64,000 nt of DNA. Origin: Psilocybe cubensis (taxonomy: Eukaryota). A model generated the notes under the pieces. It did no database searches and had not been told where the DNA came from. It saw only the letters and a list, made by a program, of their open reading frames with translations. Both the position numbers and the translations under genes were made by a program. Location of the stretch: the NCBI GenBank assembly GCA_017499595.2, contig CM039000.1:3162001-3226000 (forward strand), read 5' to 3'. Positions 52,667 through 63,412 of this stretch are shown in pieces (the stretch's first letter is position 1; every line of letters begins with the position of its first letter).

Positions 52667-55600
52667 CTACCAAATTGTCTGATATGTATATTTGCTCATC
52701 CAATTGTTAATTAGAAAAGCATCTGCAGTATCTAAAATATTATCAGCTGACCAATGAGCAGGTACTAAGGGTACAACCAGTTTTTGACCCTCCCTAATTA
52801 AAGGAAAATTAAAATGAGGAATAAGCATACAATTCTGACGTATATTAGCCAGTGGAATTATAGCACCCTTGGCTCTTGAAGGGGTAGTATTTGTTGTAAT
52901 TTTTGTTATGCGGTACATCATTCCATGATTTTTTTTTGCAATATGTGATAAAGGTGAATACCATTCAACATAAGCCAAAGGAATAGTAGGCCAGGCATCA
53001 GGTGCCGGAAGAGAACCAATATAAGTTTGTATAGTTTTTGGAAGTGTAAAAATCACTCGAACATGTCCAATCTTGGTTCCTATAAAATATAAAATATTAT
53101 ATTATATTGTAGCAATTTTTGAATCTGATTATACCTTGAAGTCCTGTAGATTCTGCATCCTCACTGGTAATTGCAACAATTGTATCAAATTGTCCAGATG
53201 GCAATTTTGCAGATTTAGGAATAGCTTTAACTATAGCCTTTTCATCCGAGTCTTGATCATCATTAATCAATTCTAGATGAAGACGAAACATATTGTAGAC
53301 ATCAAGCTTTTGAAAAGGAAGAGGTATATTATCCAGATTCCGAAGGATAGTAGGATTTGACGAAAATGTGTTCAGGAAAACCTTTAAATAATATGAAAAA
53401 TCTGGTGCCATATGCTTTTCCTCAATCAAATCAATACGCTGATTTATAAAATTAGGCTTTTTGGCAATTGATATTGGCAGTTTGGATATTGTCAAAGATT
53501 TTGGAAAAGGCAATGAATGATTAGACACAGATGATGACAGTAAAAGAGATGGTGGATTCATTGTAATATCTCCATCCTTATCAATGCTAGTTGATTGTGC
53601 TCTATCCATTGATTCTAAGGAAAGCTCCTCCTGATATCCCGTAAATCCTGCAATTTTCTCCCGTCTTGATAACCAGTTAATCATTTGTGGAAATTCATCC
53701 TTTTGATTTGAAGCTCTCCATCCTTGTTTAGCAAAATCAATATGAAGACGCTCAAACATCTCTGTATTATAATTGTCCGTAGTTCCAAACTGCTCTATTG
53801 CCTCAACATAGTGTATAAGGGAGTGAAATTTAGGAATATTGAAATCTTTGCGTGCATTGATATCCAAAAAATAATGGCGATATTGATGGAAACGTACAAG
53901 AGAGTCTTGAAGATAGCCAAGTGTGACTTTATTATGAGTAGAATATTGAGCAATATAAATAAAATCCAATATTGCAGTAACTGCATAAATTCCTTCATTA
54001 GGCATAGAACCAACTAAACATCCCAAAAGAATCTTTGCCATCTGCTTTCTCTCACTGCCAGAGACTTGAGACAATGCAGAAATGCCATTCTTAAAACGCC
54101 GAACACCATATGCTATTGGTAAGCATCGTATGCGCTGATCTAATTTTGACGGTGATAAGGCTTTCTGGCACCAAACTACCAGATGTTTAAAGACTCCTTG
54201 GTAAAGTTGATGAAGAACATCTGGAGTAATAGCTCGGTGTATATCTGCAAGAGGAAATCCATCCCAAAATGGCTTATAGACGCTTCCAGCAACATTGTAA
54301 CTCATGCAATAGTCATGAAAAGAGTTTGATCTGCCGTTTGCCTGATGCTTTCCCTCTTCTATAATAGTAGTAGTCCATTTTTGTGTTCGAGGAGTATGTG
54401 AATTGATTTGGCCCAAATCTGTAGCTGGAGCCTGGCATTTTACACATGTTCCATACTTGGTGCAGGTAACCAAGCATTGTTCAGGATAGTCTGCAACATA
54501 ACATGTAAGAATAGGATGAACCTTTCGAATAGCACCATCGCAGCTGGCCATTTCAACTCCATTATTACCAGCATCTATCAAGGGCAAAAGAACAATACGC
54601 ATAGATTCATGAAATAGACGTTGAATGCGAGAGCGGTGTTGCTGATCATTCATCATGGTTCTATCAAGTTTTTCAACTGATAGATACGCAATTAGAATAC
54701 AGGCATGTTTAGATGGCTTTCTTCGAATAGCTTTTGGAATGTTTCCAATAGTAAGATAGACGGGGTATGCAGATTTTCCACCAGAGAATTGAGTGAGTTG
54801 TGTTTTATCTGTTGCAATAATTATAGGTGCAACCGTTGCACCTGATGGAAGTTTTGACTATAAACCATTATAAATTAACAAATATTACTTTAAAAATGCA
54901 GTAAAATATACCTGTATGGCGTGCCACCATTTTCCAGTCCACATTTCAGAGAATATGCGATTTTTATCTTCAACGTTGCCCGAAAAAACTTTTGCAGGTT
55001 GATACACCATACTTTTAGATAGCTGAGGATCCTTCCATAGGCTTTTAACAGCCTCAACTGGGTTTCGATAGCGTATAGTAAAAGTTTCTTCAAGGCGGTC
55101 TTTAAAAGCAAGCTTTCGCACTTTCCATTTTCCAGCCTTGTCTGGCATAGTATCCAATTTTTTATGAAGGCTTCGAACATTCTTGAATGATAGTCCAAGC
55201 TTTTCAACAACCTGTCGCTATTATCAATATATAAAATAATAATAAAATGCATAGAAATACTCACACCTGGTATTTGAAGTAAGCGATCAATTGCATTTTG
55301 ACCTGGTCCATCCATTACTGCCCACCGAGCTACTTTCCAGTCAAGCTCTGATGCAAATGGAATGAAGCGGTTGGTTCTAGTATCACCAAACTTTTGTTTT
55401 GTATTATAGCTTGGAGGATGGTCCTGACGGATAATAGTTCCAGCATGCTTGGTCCATATTGTTGTCCTATCATCATCATTATCATCCAAGGTGTGTAATG
55501 TGCGCAACCGATTTGCAGTAGTCTGGGGACCTGGGCCAGCTTCTGCGTTGTCATTTTCAAGATTGGCTGGAGTATTGGGAATAAAATGAAACTCTGTTTG

Positions 55601-55924
55601 ACTTTCTTCAGCACCGAAAATGTCGACGTCGGAATATTTACGCAAAAAATCATCCCACTCCTCATCATTGTTGCTCCCAACCTCTTCATTGCTCCGATCA
55701 TTCAAGCTATCTTCCTCGTTATTGCCATCGCCATTGCGCAATAGGGCTGCCATTTCATCATCCATAAAGATGTCGCGATTAGTCAATACATCTTCATAAC
55801 TACCCAAATCTCGCAATTTTCCCTTCATATACCAAGAACATGTTTTCGATGTACTGAGATGGGAATTGAGCCCACTGAGTGTTTTGAACCATTTAGAGCA
55901 GGACGCTTCGCACTGAAAACTCAT
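52667..55924 (-). CDS. Plavaka transposase (CMC superfamily), 4 exons, apparently intact
   Basis: N-terminal CEASCSKWFKTLSGLNSHL; PFASELDWKVARWA; RIFSEMWTGKWW; APIIIATDKTQLTQFSGGKSAYPVYLTIGNIPKAIRRKPS; YVADYPEQCLVTC...CVKC; DVLHQLYQGVFKHL; PKFHSLIHY...FGTTDNYNTEMFERLHIDFAK; LAYVEWY. Confidence 0.93.
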
Positions 55925-56140
55925 ATGGACTAGAAAGTGCAGAGGGGAGAATCAGAGTTGATATCGTGAGAAGAGAAAGAGAAAGAAAGAGATAGAAAAT
56001 ATTGATCAATCAGACGCAACGTGTGTGAGAACAAGGTGATATTTATAAAATCCTATAATAACATGTTAAATTGAATAAATACCTGTCGATATGATATTAG
56101 AGACTGTATAGGAAATCAGAAAGAAAACATACTGATTAAG

Positions 56141-56944
56141 CTAAGAAAAAGCTGTTGTCATTTTTAATAATAATCCATATTCCTGCAGCATTTGCTCTTG
56201 AAGCGTAGCAAGCACCGTAATATCTCGACCAAGTCGTCTAGCTGCCTTGAGTACTTCTGCAGTCGATTTTTTTGTCTTGCAAAAGGCCCTGACAGATTGG
56301 AGCTTGCGATGTACAGAAACAAGAAATGGTGTCTTGTACTTGCAGAATATTTTTTTACGACAAAGCATTTTGAAAGGATAGTATCGGATATCTTTCGTAT
56401 TCCTTGCAATACCTGCGCTTGGTTTGGCTAGAAGCAGCTTGGATACGAAGGGTGTTTCTTCTCTAGTGCTCTCAATAGATGCATGTAGTGGAGATGCCAA
56501 ACTGTAGATTGGACTATCCAAACGCTGTGCACAAGTTGTTGGATAAGAATACGTTGATTTTTGGGAAGGTGTTAGAGAAACATCTTTTGCAGATTTTGCA
56601 TTTGGAAGAGTCTGTCCCAATTAGCAATAAGTACCAATATTAAATCAAGTCAAATTAAAGATGTGCGACGTGCCTCTAAATACTTGTAAATCCGTCTATG
56701 ATGAGCGTGCATTTTCTTTAAAGATGGCAATTTTTTATATTTTGTCCAGTATCGCACATCAAATGTATAAGCAGATACAGGTGCCCTTCTACGTGTAACA
56801 GAAGGCTAAGCAGATATAATGAGATAGGACGGAAAGAGAATAAAAATAATGCTTTACCTCTTCTTCACCGTTTACAGATGAGTCGACAATATCGGAATAT
56901 GCAAGCTCCTCTATAGAAGATGTGCCAGGTGATGACAAGTGCAT
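56141..56944 (-). CDS. Orphan basic protein, 3 predicted exons, next to the Plavaka transposase
   Basis: MHLSS...NGEEE|PSVTRRRAPVSAYTFDVRYWTKYKK...KYLE|TLPNAK...; introns 56806-56857 (GT-AG) and ~56612-56673 (needs a GC donor). Confidence 0.5.
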
Positions 56945-57159
56945 AATAGTAGGAAGAGGTTTAGAAAGAATAATAACAACCACTCAGTAAAACTAGAATG
57001 CGTGAAGGATGAACGTATAGAAGCAGAGTAATGAGGTGTGGGAATTATTAGCGGCAAAAATGAATGTGTTACCGTTGGTTTGTTGTGGCTGTACACACTC
57101 AACTTCTTCTCGAAAACACACTCTTTTATACAAACTATCTGTAAATATTCTAATCAGCC

Positions 57160-58294
57160 ATGCTAAATCCATTTCTATGGGCAAAACAGAAGCTTAGAAA
57201 TGGTTTCAAGACTATAATTTCAAAATTTTCTTTACAAAACAGTCAATATGGCAAGGCGCCGTTAAATCAACATTATCATATAGCTCGGCGTATTCAGAAC
57301 TTTCAGCTAGCAGAAGTTGCATTAATGGCTGGCAGCCAGATTTCTGACTCCTCAATGGTTTTAAATGGTATGTTGTATTGCATCTACCTATATTTCTGTT
57401 AATTTTTTTCAAATATAGATGCTATGGAATATATCGAACATGGCGTCAAATATTCAACAGGAACCCTTACTATTCCTCAGCAAAATCTTCTTGCTGTAGT
57501 ATATAAAAAGGGAACATTACCTATTATCAGCCTTAGTCAAACTCTTGGCAACCTTACGCACTCTGCAACCCAATCTTCATACCCGGATCAACGTCTTGTA
57601 AAAATGTATCTTCGATCTGTTATCCACAAGGCAGTTGAACGCTCTATTCATCTTCTTATTCTTATCGACAACAATATTTGGCCATTTTTGGAAACAACTG
57701 AAGAAATCCTTTTCTTTCTCAAATTGTATGTCGTCATATTCATAAACGATAAAACTTTTTGGTAGACTAACAAATATTCAATAGGAAGGCTGACATTAAT
57801 CGCCATTTATTTGAACTGGGTAGAAATCAAGAAGGGCACAATAGGCAGCTTGAACGCAGAATTAACGCGTACTTACTATATCAACAAGCAAATCAGAATG
57901 CGCAAGAGGCTCTGCATCCATTTCATTCCCTACGACTATCCATTACTCTTCGCTTTTGCATTTTTTTACACAAATTCTATGATTCAACTCCTCATGCCAA
58001 GGAAAAAGCTTTAGCCGCATTTGATCATGCAGTTTTCCATATTTCCAGTTACTGTTCAATGTCCCCAAAATCGGAAAGCTTTATGCTTTTAAAGCTTATT
58101 TTGGATAGCCTCAAAGTATGGGGATTAGGAGAAATACCTCTTCGTCATAGACATTCTACATATCAAGCTCTTTGCAGTAAGTTCAGTGTTTTCAACTACT
58201 GCAATCCTCAACTGACTAATCTCTATGTCTAGTAAAATATGGCATCACTAAAATTGATATAGAAACGGCAACACTTGCAGAGGGTAACCATTGA
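57160..58294 (+). CDS. Highly divergent 14-3-3-like protein; exons 57160-57367, 57419-57725, 57785-58177, 58233-58294
   Basis: LTIPQQNLLAVVYKK (cf. LTVEERNLLSVAYKN); FFLKLKADINRHLFE (cf. FYYKMKGDYHRYLAE); LHPFHSLRLSITLRFCIF (cf. LPPTHPIRLGLALNFSVF); ALAAFDHAV (cf. AKQAFDDAI); ESFMLLKLILDSLKVW (cf. DSTLIMQLLRDNLTLW). No stops after splicing. Confidence 0.85.
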
Positions 58295-58426
58295 GAGTAC
58301 TTACTATTTGATACGTCTTAAATTTTGTCAATTTCTAATTAATTACTTGGATTATTTGAATAATATAATTGAAAACAACATAGCTGAAATTAAGCGAGCA
58401 TTAATAAACAAATAATTACAGCCCTT

Positions 58427-58493
58427 CCTTTTTAGGACCAAAAATAAGTGTTAGGAGATGCATCTCCCATCGCTCATTTTGGTCCTAAAAAGG
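58427..58493. repeat. 67-bp near-perfect palindrome
   Basis: CCTTTTTAGGACCAAAA ... TTTTGGTCCTAAAAAGG (17-bp perfect arms) with core GGAGATGCATCTCC. Confidence 0.9.
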
Positions 58494-58550
58494 CAAAAAG
58501 AAAAATCCTCTTCTCATAAATGTATTCTAGAAAAAACAAAGACATTTACA

Positions 58551-59577
58551 TTACGGAAATTCATTATCAGAATTAAAGTAATCCCAGTCACATTCATCCA
58601 TAGTGGAATATGGATAAGAATATCGGTAAGGATCTGTTGGATGAGCTGGGAAAAAAATGAATGTCGATGGTCGAAGATGCACCTGAGTCCACTTATTGTC
58701 CTCTAAAGTACGCCAAATTAGCTCATTAGAGCCCTCCCAATAATAATCCTCGATATAAGAATCCTCGTCGTGACCCTGAAATAGATAAAATTTCAAGAGA
58801 CGCGGCAAAGATTTCAATTCCCATTCTCCTAGAATTCTTTCTACTGTGGGCTTGAGCAGATAACTGTCTTCAGGTTCCAATGGCAACGGTGTCTTAAAAA
58901 GAAACATTTCCAAGGCTGTGCAGCGAGACAGCATTTCTTTCCATTGGGGAGACTCCCATGGACGATAAGCGTGGTTCTGTTTTATATCCTAAAACAAAGA
59001 TTAGTAAATCAGTATAAACAGTTGAAAGCAACATACCTCTTTCATAGAAACAATATATTTGTACCAAAATGTAACAATTTGGCCTAATATGCCTCTCCAG
59101 CTATCGTCGACAAGGTTTGAAACTGCATTCCTGCATGTTCCACCATGGACATTGAGCTCCGTAATTGACGATAGGGATAGTACTGTTCCAAGCTCTTTAC
59201 AAAGAGCAGCAGACTGCGGCAAATTGACTTCAACCATACGAAGCCCCAAAAACGAAATGCCCAAACGTCCTTAAAATACGGCATGAAAGGCCTTGAAATC
59301 CCGGACAAAGAGTTTGATTGCTTTCTGCTTGGCAAGGACACGATGGCATTTTTGATTGCCTACAAATGCCCGACATTCTTTTCCAGAATAAGAGAAAAAT
59401 TCATCGAAGTCATCGTGATTTTCTGGCATACTTGCAAGAAAGAATTTAAGAATTATTTTGCGAAGCTCTGGTGCTACTAGATTAATATTGATCAAATTAA
59501 TAACCCTAGGACACTCCACTATATTATTTAGACACTCACATTGTTCAATTTCTGCCTCTAAAGTCTTGGCGCTCATT
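58551..59577 (-). pseudogene. F-box-like/LRR-like gene with one in-frame stop
   Basis: LVAPELRKIILKFF (F-box-like start), SSITELNV, LSRCTALEMFLF; TAA at 59271-59273 splits two same-frame ORFs; intron near 58990-59036. Confidence 0.5.
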
Positions 59578-60144
59578 GCAGTCTGAAGTAGCGATGCTGA
59601 TGCCAATCAATGGTTGTACTGACACTTTAAAGCACAAAGATGCAGGCCTAAGATAGTAAAATTATGAGTCTATACAACAAAAATTTAAAACAGAACAATT
59701 ACCAGAAAGTTTGATTAAGTTGTAAGAGGTTGGAGCGAGAATTACAACCAAGAAAGAGTTCAAGCACCGTAGCATTGATGTCAGCGGTTACCTGTAAACA
59801 GATTATATAATACATCCTAATTTAGAACAAACAAACGTTGGAAGATGCGTCTTCAATTGAATCTATTCTCCATTGTCCCATCTTGAATACGGTATGTCAG
59901 TGCTATACCTTTTGTTGATAAAGCTTAACACTTACTCTTGCCACTTAGGTTATAGTGTTTTATTGGGTCTAACATGCAGCAGTAATGTGCAAGATCCACT
60001 ATTTAGTGCAATAATTGCATATTTGACAATCCATGCTATCGTAAATAAACCGCTCACTGGTATGTCAGACCTATATTTCCAAATGATACTGTTAAGCACT
60101 CAGTATTTCCCTTTAGACTAGCAAACTGCATTGACCATGGTTTT

Positions 60145-60731
60145 TGGGAAGCATTAGTACAAATTGCACTTAAAAGCACCGGCATTTTTATTATTTTGGC
60201 GCAACTGCAATATCCATTCTCAAGAACCTTGGTTTACTAGGGCGTCAGGCACTTTACCATTCTCAATCCACTAGCAGTCACACCTGAGAATGTAGGAAAT
60301 AACTTCTTCCTCACACGCTGGCAGGAAAGGATTGGCTGGGAGAGTTCACGCTGGAAGAGTTCACGCTTATAATTACTGCTAATCTAGAGGAAGGGTTACT
60401 GGAGAGACTGGCGGCAGTGTTGTGGAAGGAGGAATGTTACCCTCTACTAGTTGTGGTGCGCTTTCTGCAGGATTCCTTGCAGAATTCTATATCTAGTACC
60501 ATGACCATACAGGTGTGAATTATTCATGCTAATTTTTTTGCGACTATGCTCACCTTTATCAGTTATTGAAAGTCATTTGAAGACTGCACAATCATTTCAA
60601 ATCAACAGACCATTTGCCGCACTGCTAGATTATTCAATGTTGCTCGATTTTGAAAACATAGACATGACTGATCCCGAATGACCACGTCCCTTACGTTGTT
60701 ATCCTTGTACGCTGAAGAATAGAAGAAATCA
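60145..60731 (+). pseudogene. ULA1: Degraded fragment of NEDD8-activating enzyme E1 regulatory subunit (Ula1/APP-BP1)
   Basis: Across frameshifts: WEALVQIALKST; ATAISILKNL; HFTILNPLAVTPENVGNNFFL; FTLIITANL...LAAVLW...YPLLVVVR; SAGFLAEFYI*YHDHT|VIESH; RPFAALLDYS; DHVPYVVILVR. Intron 60513-60562 is retained. Confidence 0.8.
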
Positions 60732-61230
60732 GTAAGCTTATGCTCTCATTTTTTTCAGTTTTGCTGACAGCATGTAGTACCACAGGCTTCTGCCTGACTT
60801 CAACCCCAAAAAGCCACTAATTCAATTGAAAAGCCTAAGGCGCTGGTGTATTATGCATGGACAAAAAGTATGCTACCCTCTGAGACAAAGAGATGGGCAG
60901 CATGGTGAGAACAGTGAAGCTTTGGGTATGTATATAGTGTTTTGTTATTAAAATGTGGTTCTAAATAGGTATGCCTATAGCAGTACGCAAACAACCTCTG
61001 AACAACTGGCGATACGTCTGGCTGTACACCTTCCGCTGAGCGCCCTATCAAACTTTACGACTAAACAAAAAACATCTGGCCAAACATTATCAGTTGAGGC
61101 AAATTTGAGGGGCGTAGGTGTGTCAATTACAGTGTGCATATGTTTTGCTAGGCTTACCTTCTTAGCATAGGATGGGCATGGCGAGGAATGAAAGGCTTGC
61201 CGCCATGATTTCAGAACCGGGATATTTCCA

Positions 61231-61289
61231 TATTGGGACAAAGGTGAATTTGGGAGATGCGTCTCCCAGATTTTCCTTTGTTCCTAATA
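61231..61289. repeat. ~59-bp imperfect palindrome with core GGGAGATGCGTCTCCC
   Basis: TATTGGGACAAAGGTGAATTTGGGAGAT..GTCTCCCAGATTTTCCTTTGTTCCTAATA. Confidence 0.85.
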
Positions 61290-61561
61290 CGGAAATCACC
61301 ACGTGCACTGCACAATCATATCAACGATTCACCTTAAGTCAACTGGCAGTACAAGCAGACCATCTTGTGCATTTCCGCCTCCACAACCATAACTTTCTTG
61401 AGTCTGATAAGCAGTTATGCTACTTGTTGGTCTCCTCACCCCTTCATTTGCTTCAAGTTGACTAACCCCCCCTTGGACTTTAGGCTGCCCGTTTGATGCC
61501 TCTCTGTTACCACTGGCCGTTAGGTTAACAAGCACTCACCCCCATCCATCCACTTCAAGTT

Positions 61562-63090
61562 GATGAGCAGACTGAGCTGCTCATCTTTTTTTTTACCGCC
61601 GCCACCACCCTGTCTGATGTTGTTGGGCAGCTGAGCTGCCCATCACCACACACTTCAATGCAACGTCTTCCTCCTCACCCCCATCCACCAGCTTCAAGTT
61701 GACGAGCAGCTCATGCTGCTCGTCTTTGCTTTTTGCCGCCGCCACCGTCGTCTGATATCAATCGGCAGCTCAGGACTGCCATCTGACATCTTTCAATCAC
61801 GACCACTACTGCCCTGGACTGCTCACCCCCGTCCATCCACTTGAAGTTGATGAGCAGGGTGAGCTGCTTGACCTTTGTTTTCTCCACCACCACCACCATC
61901 TCACTGCCACCACCTCTATCAGAAGTAGATGGGCAGCTATGGCTGCCCATCCGACATGCCTCCATCGCCACCGCCGCCGCCCTTCAGTTTGACGAGCAGC
62001 TTGCGCTGCTCGTCTGTCTCCTCACCCCATCCTCCCTCTTCCAATCGACGAGCAGCCTGTGCTGCTCGTCCTCGGTTTTTCCGCCACCACCACCTCCATC
62101 TGACGTCAACGGGCAGCCTGAGCTGCCCGTCTGACGTGTTGCCGTCGCCGCCACCGCCGCCCTTCACTTTGACGAGCAGCCTGTGCTGCTCGTCTTTCTT
62201 TTCACCCCACCCTCCCTCTTCCAATCGACGAGCAGCGCAGGCTGCTCGTCCTTGCTTTTTCCGCCACCACCACCTCGATCTAACGTCAACAGGCAGCCTG
62301 AGCTGCCCGTCGACGTGTTGCCATCGTCACCGCCGCCGCCGCCCTTCCCTGTTCACCCCACCCTCCCTCTTCCAATTGACGAGCAGCGCAGGCTGCTCGT
62401 CCTCGGTTTTTCCGCCACCACCAACTCCTTCTGACGTCAACGGGCAGCCTGAGCTGCCCGTCTGACGTGTTGCCGTCGCCGCCACCGCCGCCCTTCACTG
62501 TTCACCCCACCCTCCCTCTTCTAATCGACGAGCAGCCTGTGCTGCTCGTCCTCGGTTTTTCCGCCGCCACCACCTCGATCTAACGTCGACGGGCAGCTCA
62601 GGCTGCCTGTCAACGTGTTGCCATCATCACCGCCGCTGCCGCCCTTCCCTGTTCACCCCACCCTCCCTCTTCCAATCGACGAGCTGCGCAGGCTGCTCGT
62701 CCTTGCTTTTTCCACCACAACCACCTCCTTCTGACGTCGACGGGCAGTCTGAGCTGCCCGTCTGATGTGTCGCCATCGCCACCCCTCAGTCTGACGAGCA
62801 GGTTGCGCTGCTCGTCTGTCTCCTCACCCCATCCTCCCTCTTCCAATCGACGAGCAGCCTGTGCTGCTCGTCCTCGGTTTTTCCGCCGCCACCACCTTGA
62901 TCTAACGTCGACGGGCAGCTCAGGCTGCCTGTCGACGTGTTGCCATCGTCACCGCCGCCGCCGCCCTTCCCTGTTCACCCCACCCTCCCTCTTCCAATTG
63001 ACGAGCAGCGCAGGCTGCTCGTCCTCGGTTTTTCCGCCACAACCACCTCCTTCTGACGTCGACGGGCAGTCTGAGCTGCCCATCTGACGT
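61562..63090. repeat. GC-rich tandem array (~150-bp higher-order unit) containing ~20 24-bp stem-loops
   Basis: Alternating GACGAGCAGC-N4-GCTGCTCGTC and GACGGGCAGC-N4-GCTGCCCGTC, e.g. at 61701, 61991, 62047, 62108, 62171, 62227, 62378, 62439, 62527, 62588, 62849, 62910, 63000, 63061. Confidence 0.95.
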
Positions 63091-63412
63091 GTTGGTTATG
63101 AGGATGGTTAACGTGCTGGATGTCCGTGTTGTTGGTCTGTATTTATCCCCTTCACATTCTTAGATTTCTCAATTGACCACCTTTTCCTGGGCCTGCAGAG
63201 ATAACAGAGAAATACTGCTTGTTATTGTCCTTAGTCCTGCCAACACCACCCTCCTCAATTTGATTATCCGCTCATTTCTGCTTTTGCATTCCCTAATGGT
63301 TAACACTTCCTTGGTGTATTATCTCTTATTTGGACATGGTCACATGATGACATGTGCACTACTCGGGCAATCTGTTGCGATAACGGATCTTTGTTTGTTA
63401 CCACCATCTACC

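Larger units (their letters stand above)
52413..63090 (-). mobile_element. Putative large Plavaka-type transposon with cargo genes; right boundary not determined
   Basis: Abrupt AT-rich block starting where the first transposase breaks; contains the Plavaka transposase, orphan/captured genes and palindromic repeats. Confidence 0.55.

Noticed and set aside
60955-61170. PIF1/Helitron helicase-like 'SGQTL' motif
   Set aside because: Only a few residues match and no other helicase motifs are nearby.
61711-63087. ORFs across the hairpin array
   Set aside because: Short overlapping frames on both strands with recurring stops; by-products of a GC-rich repeat.
61562-63090. CRISPR-like array of palindromic repeats
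   Set aside because: Intervening sequences are themselves repeated rather than unique spacers, there are no cas genes, and the context is eukaryotic.
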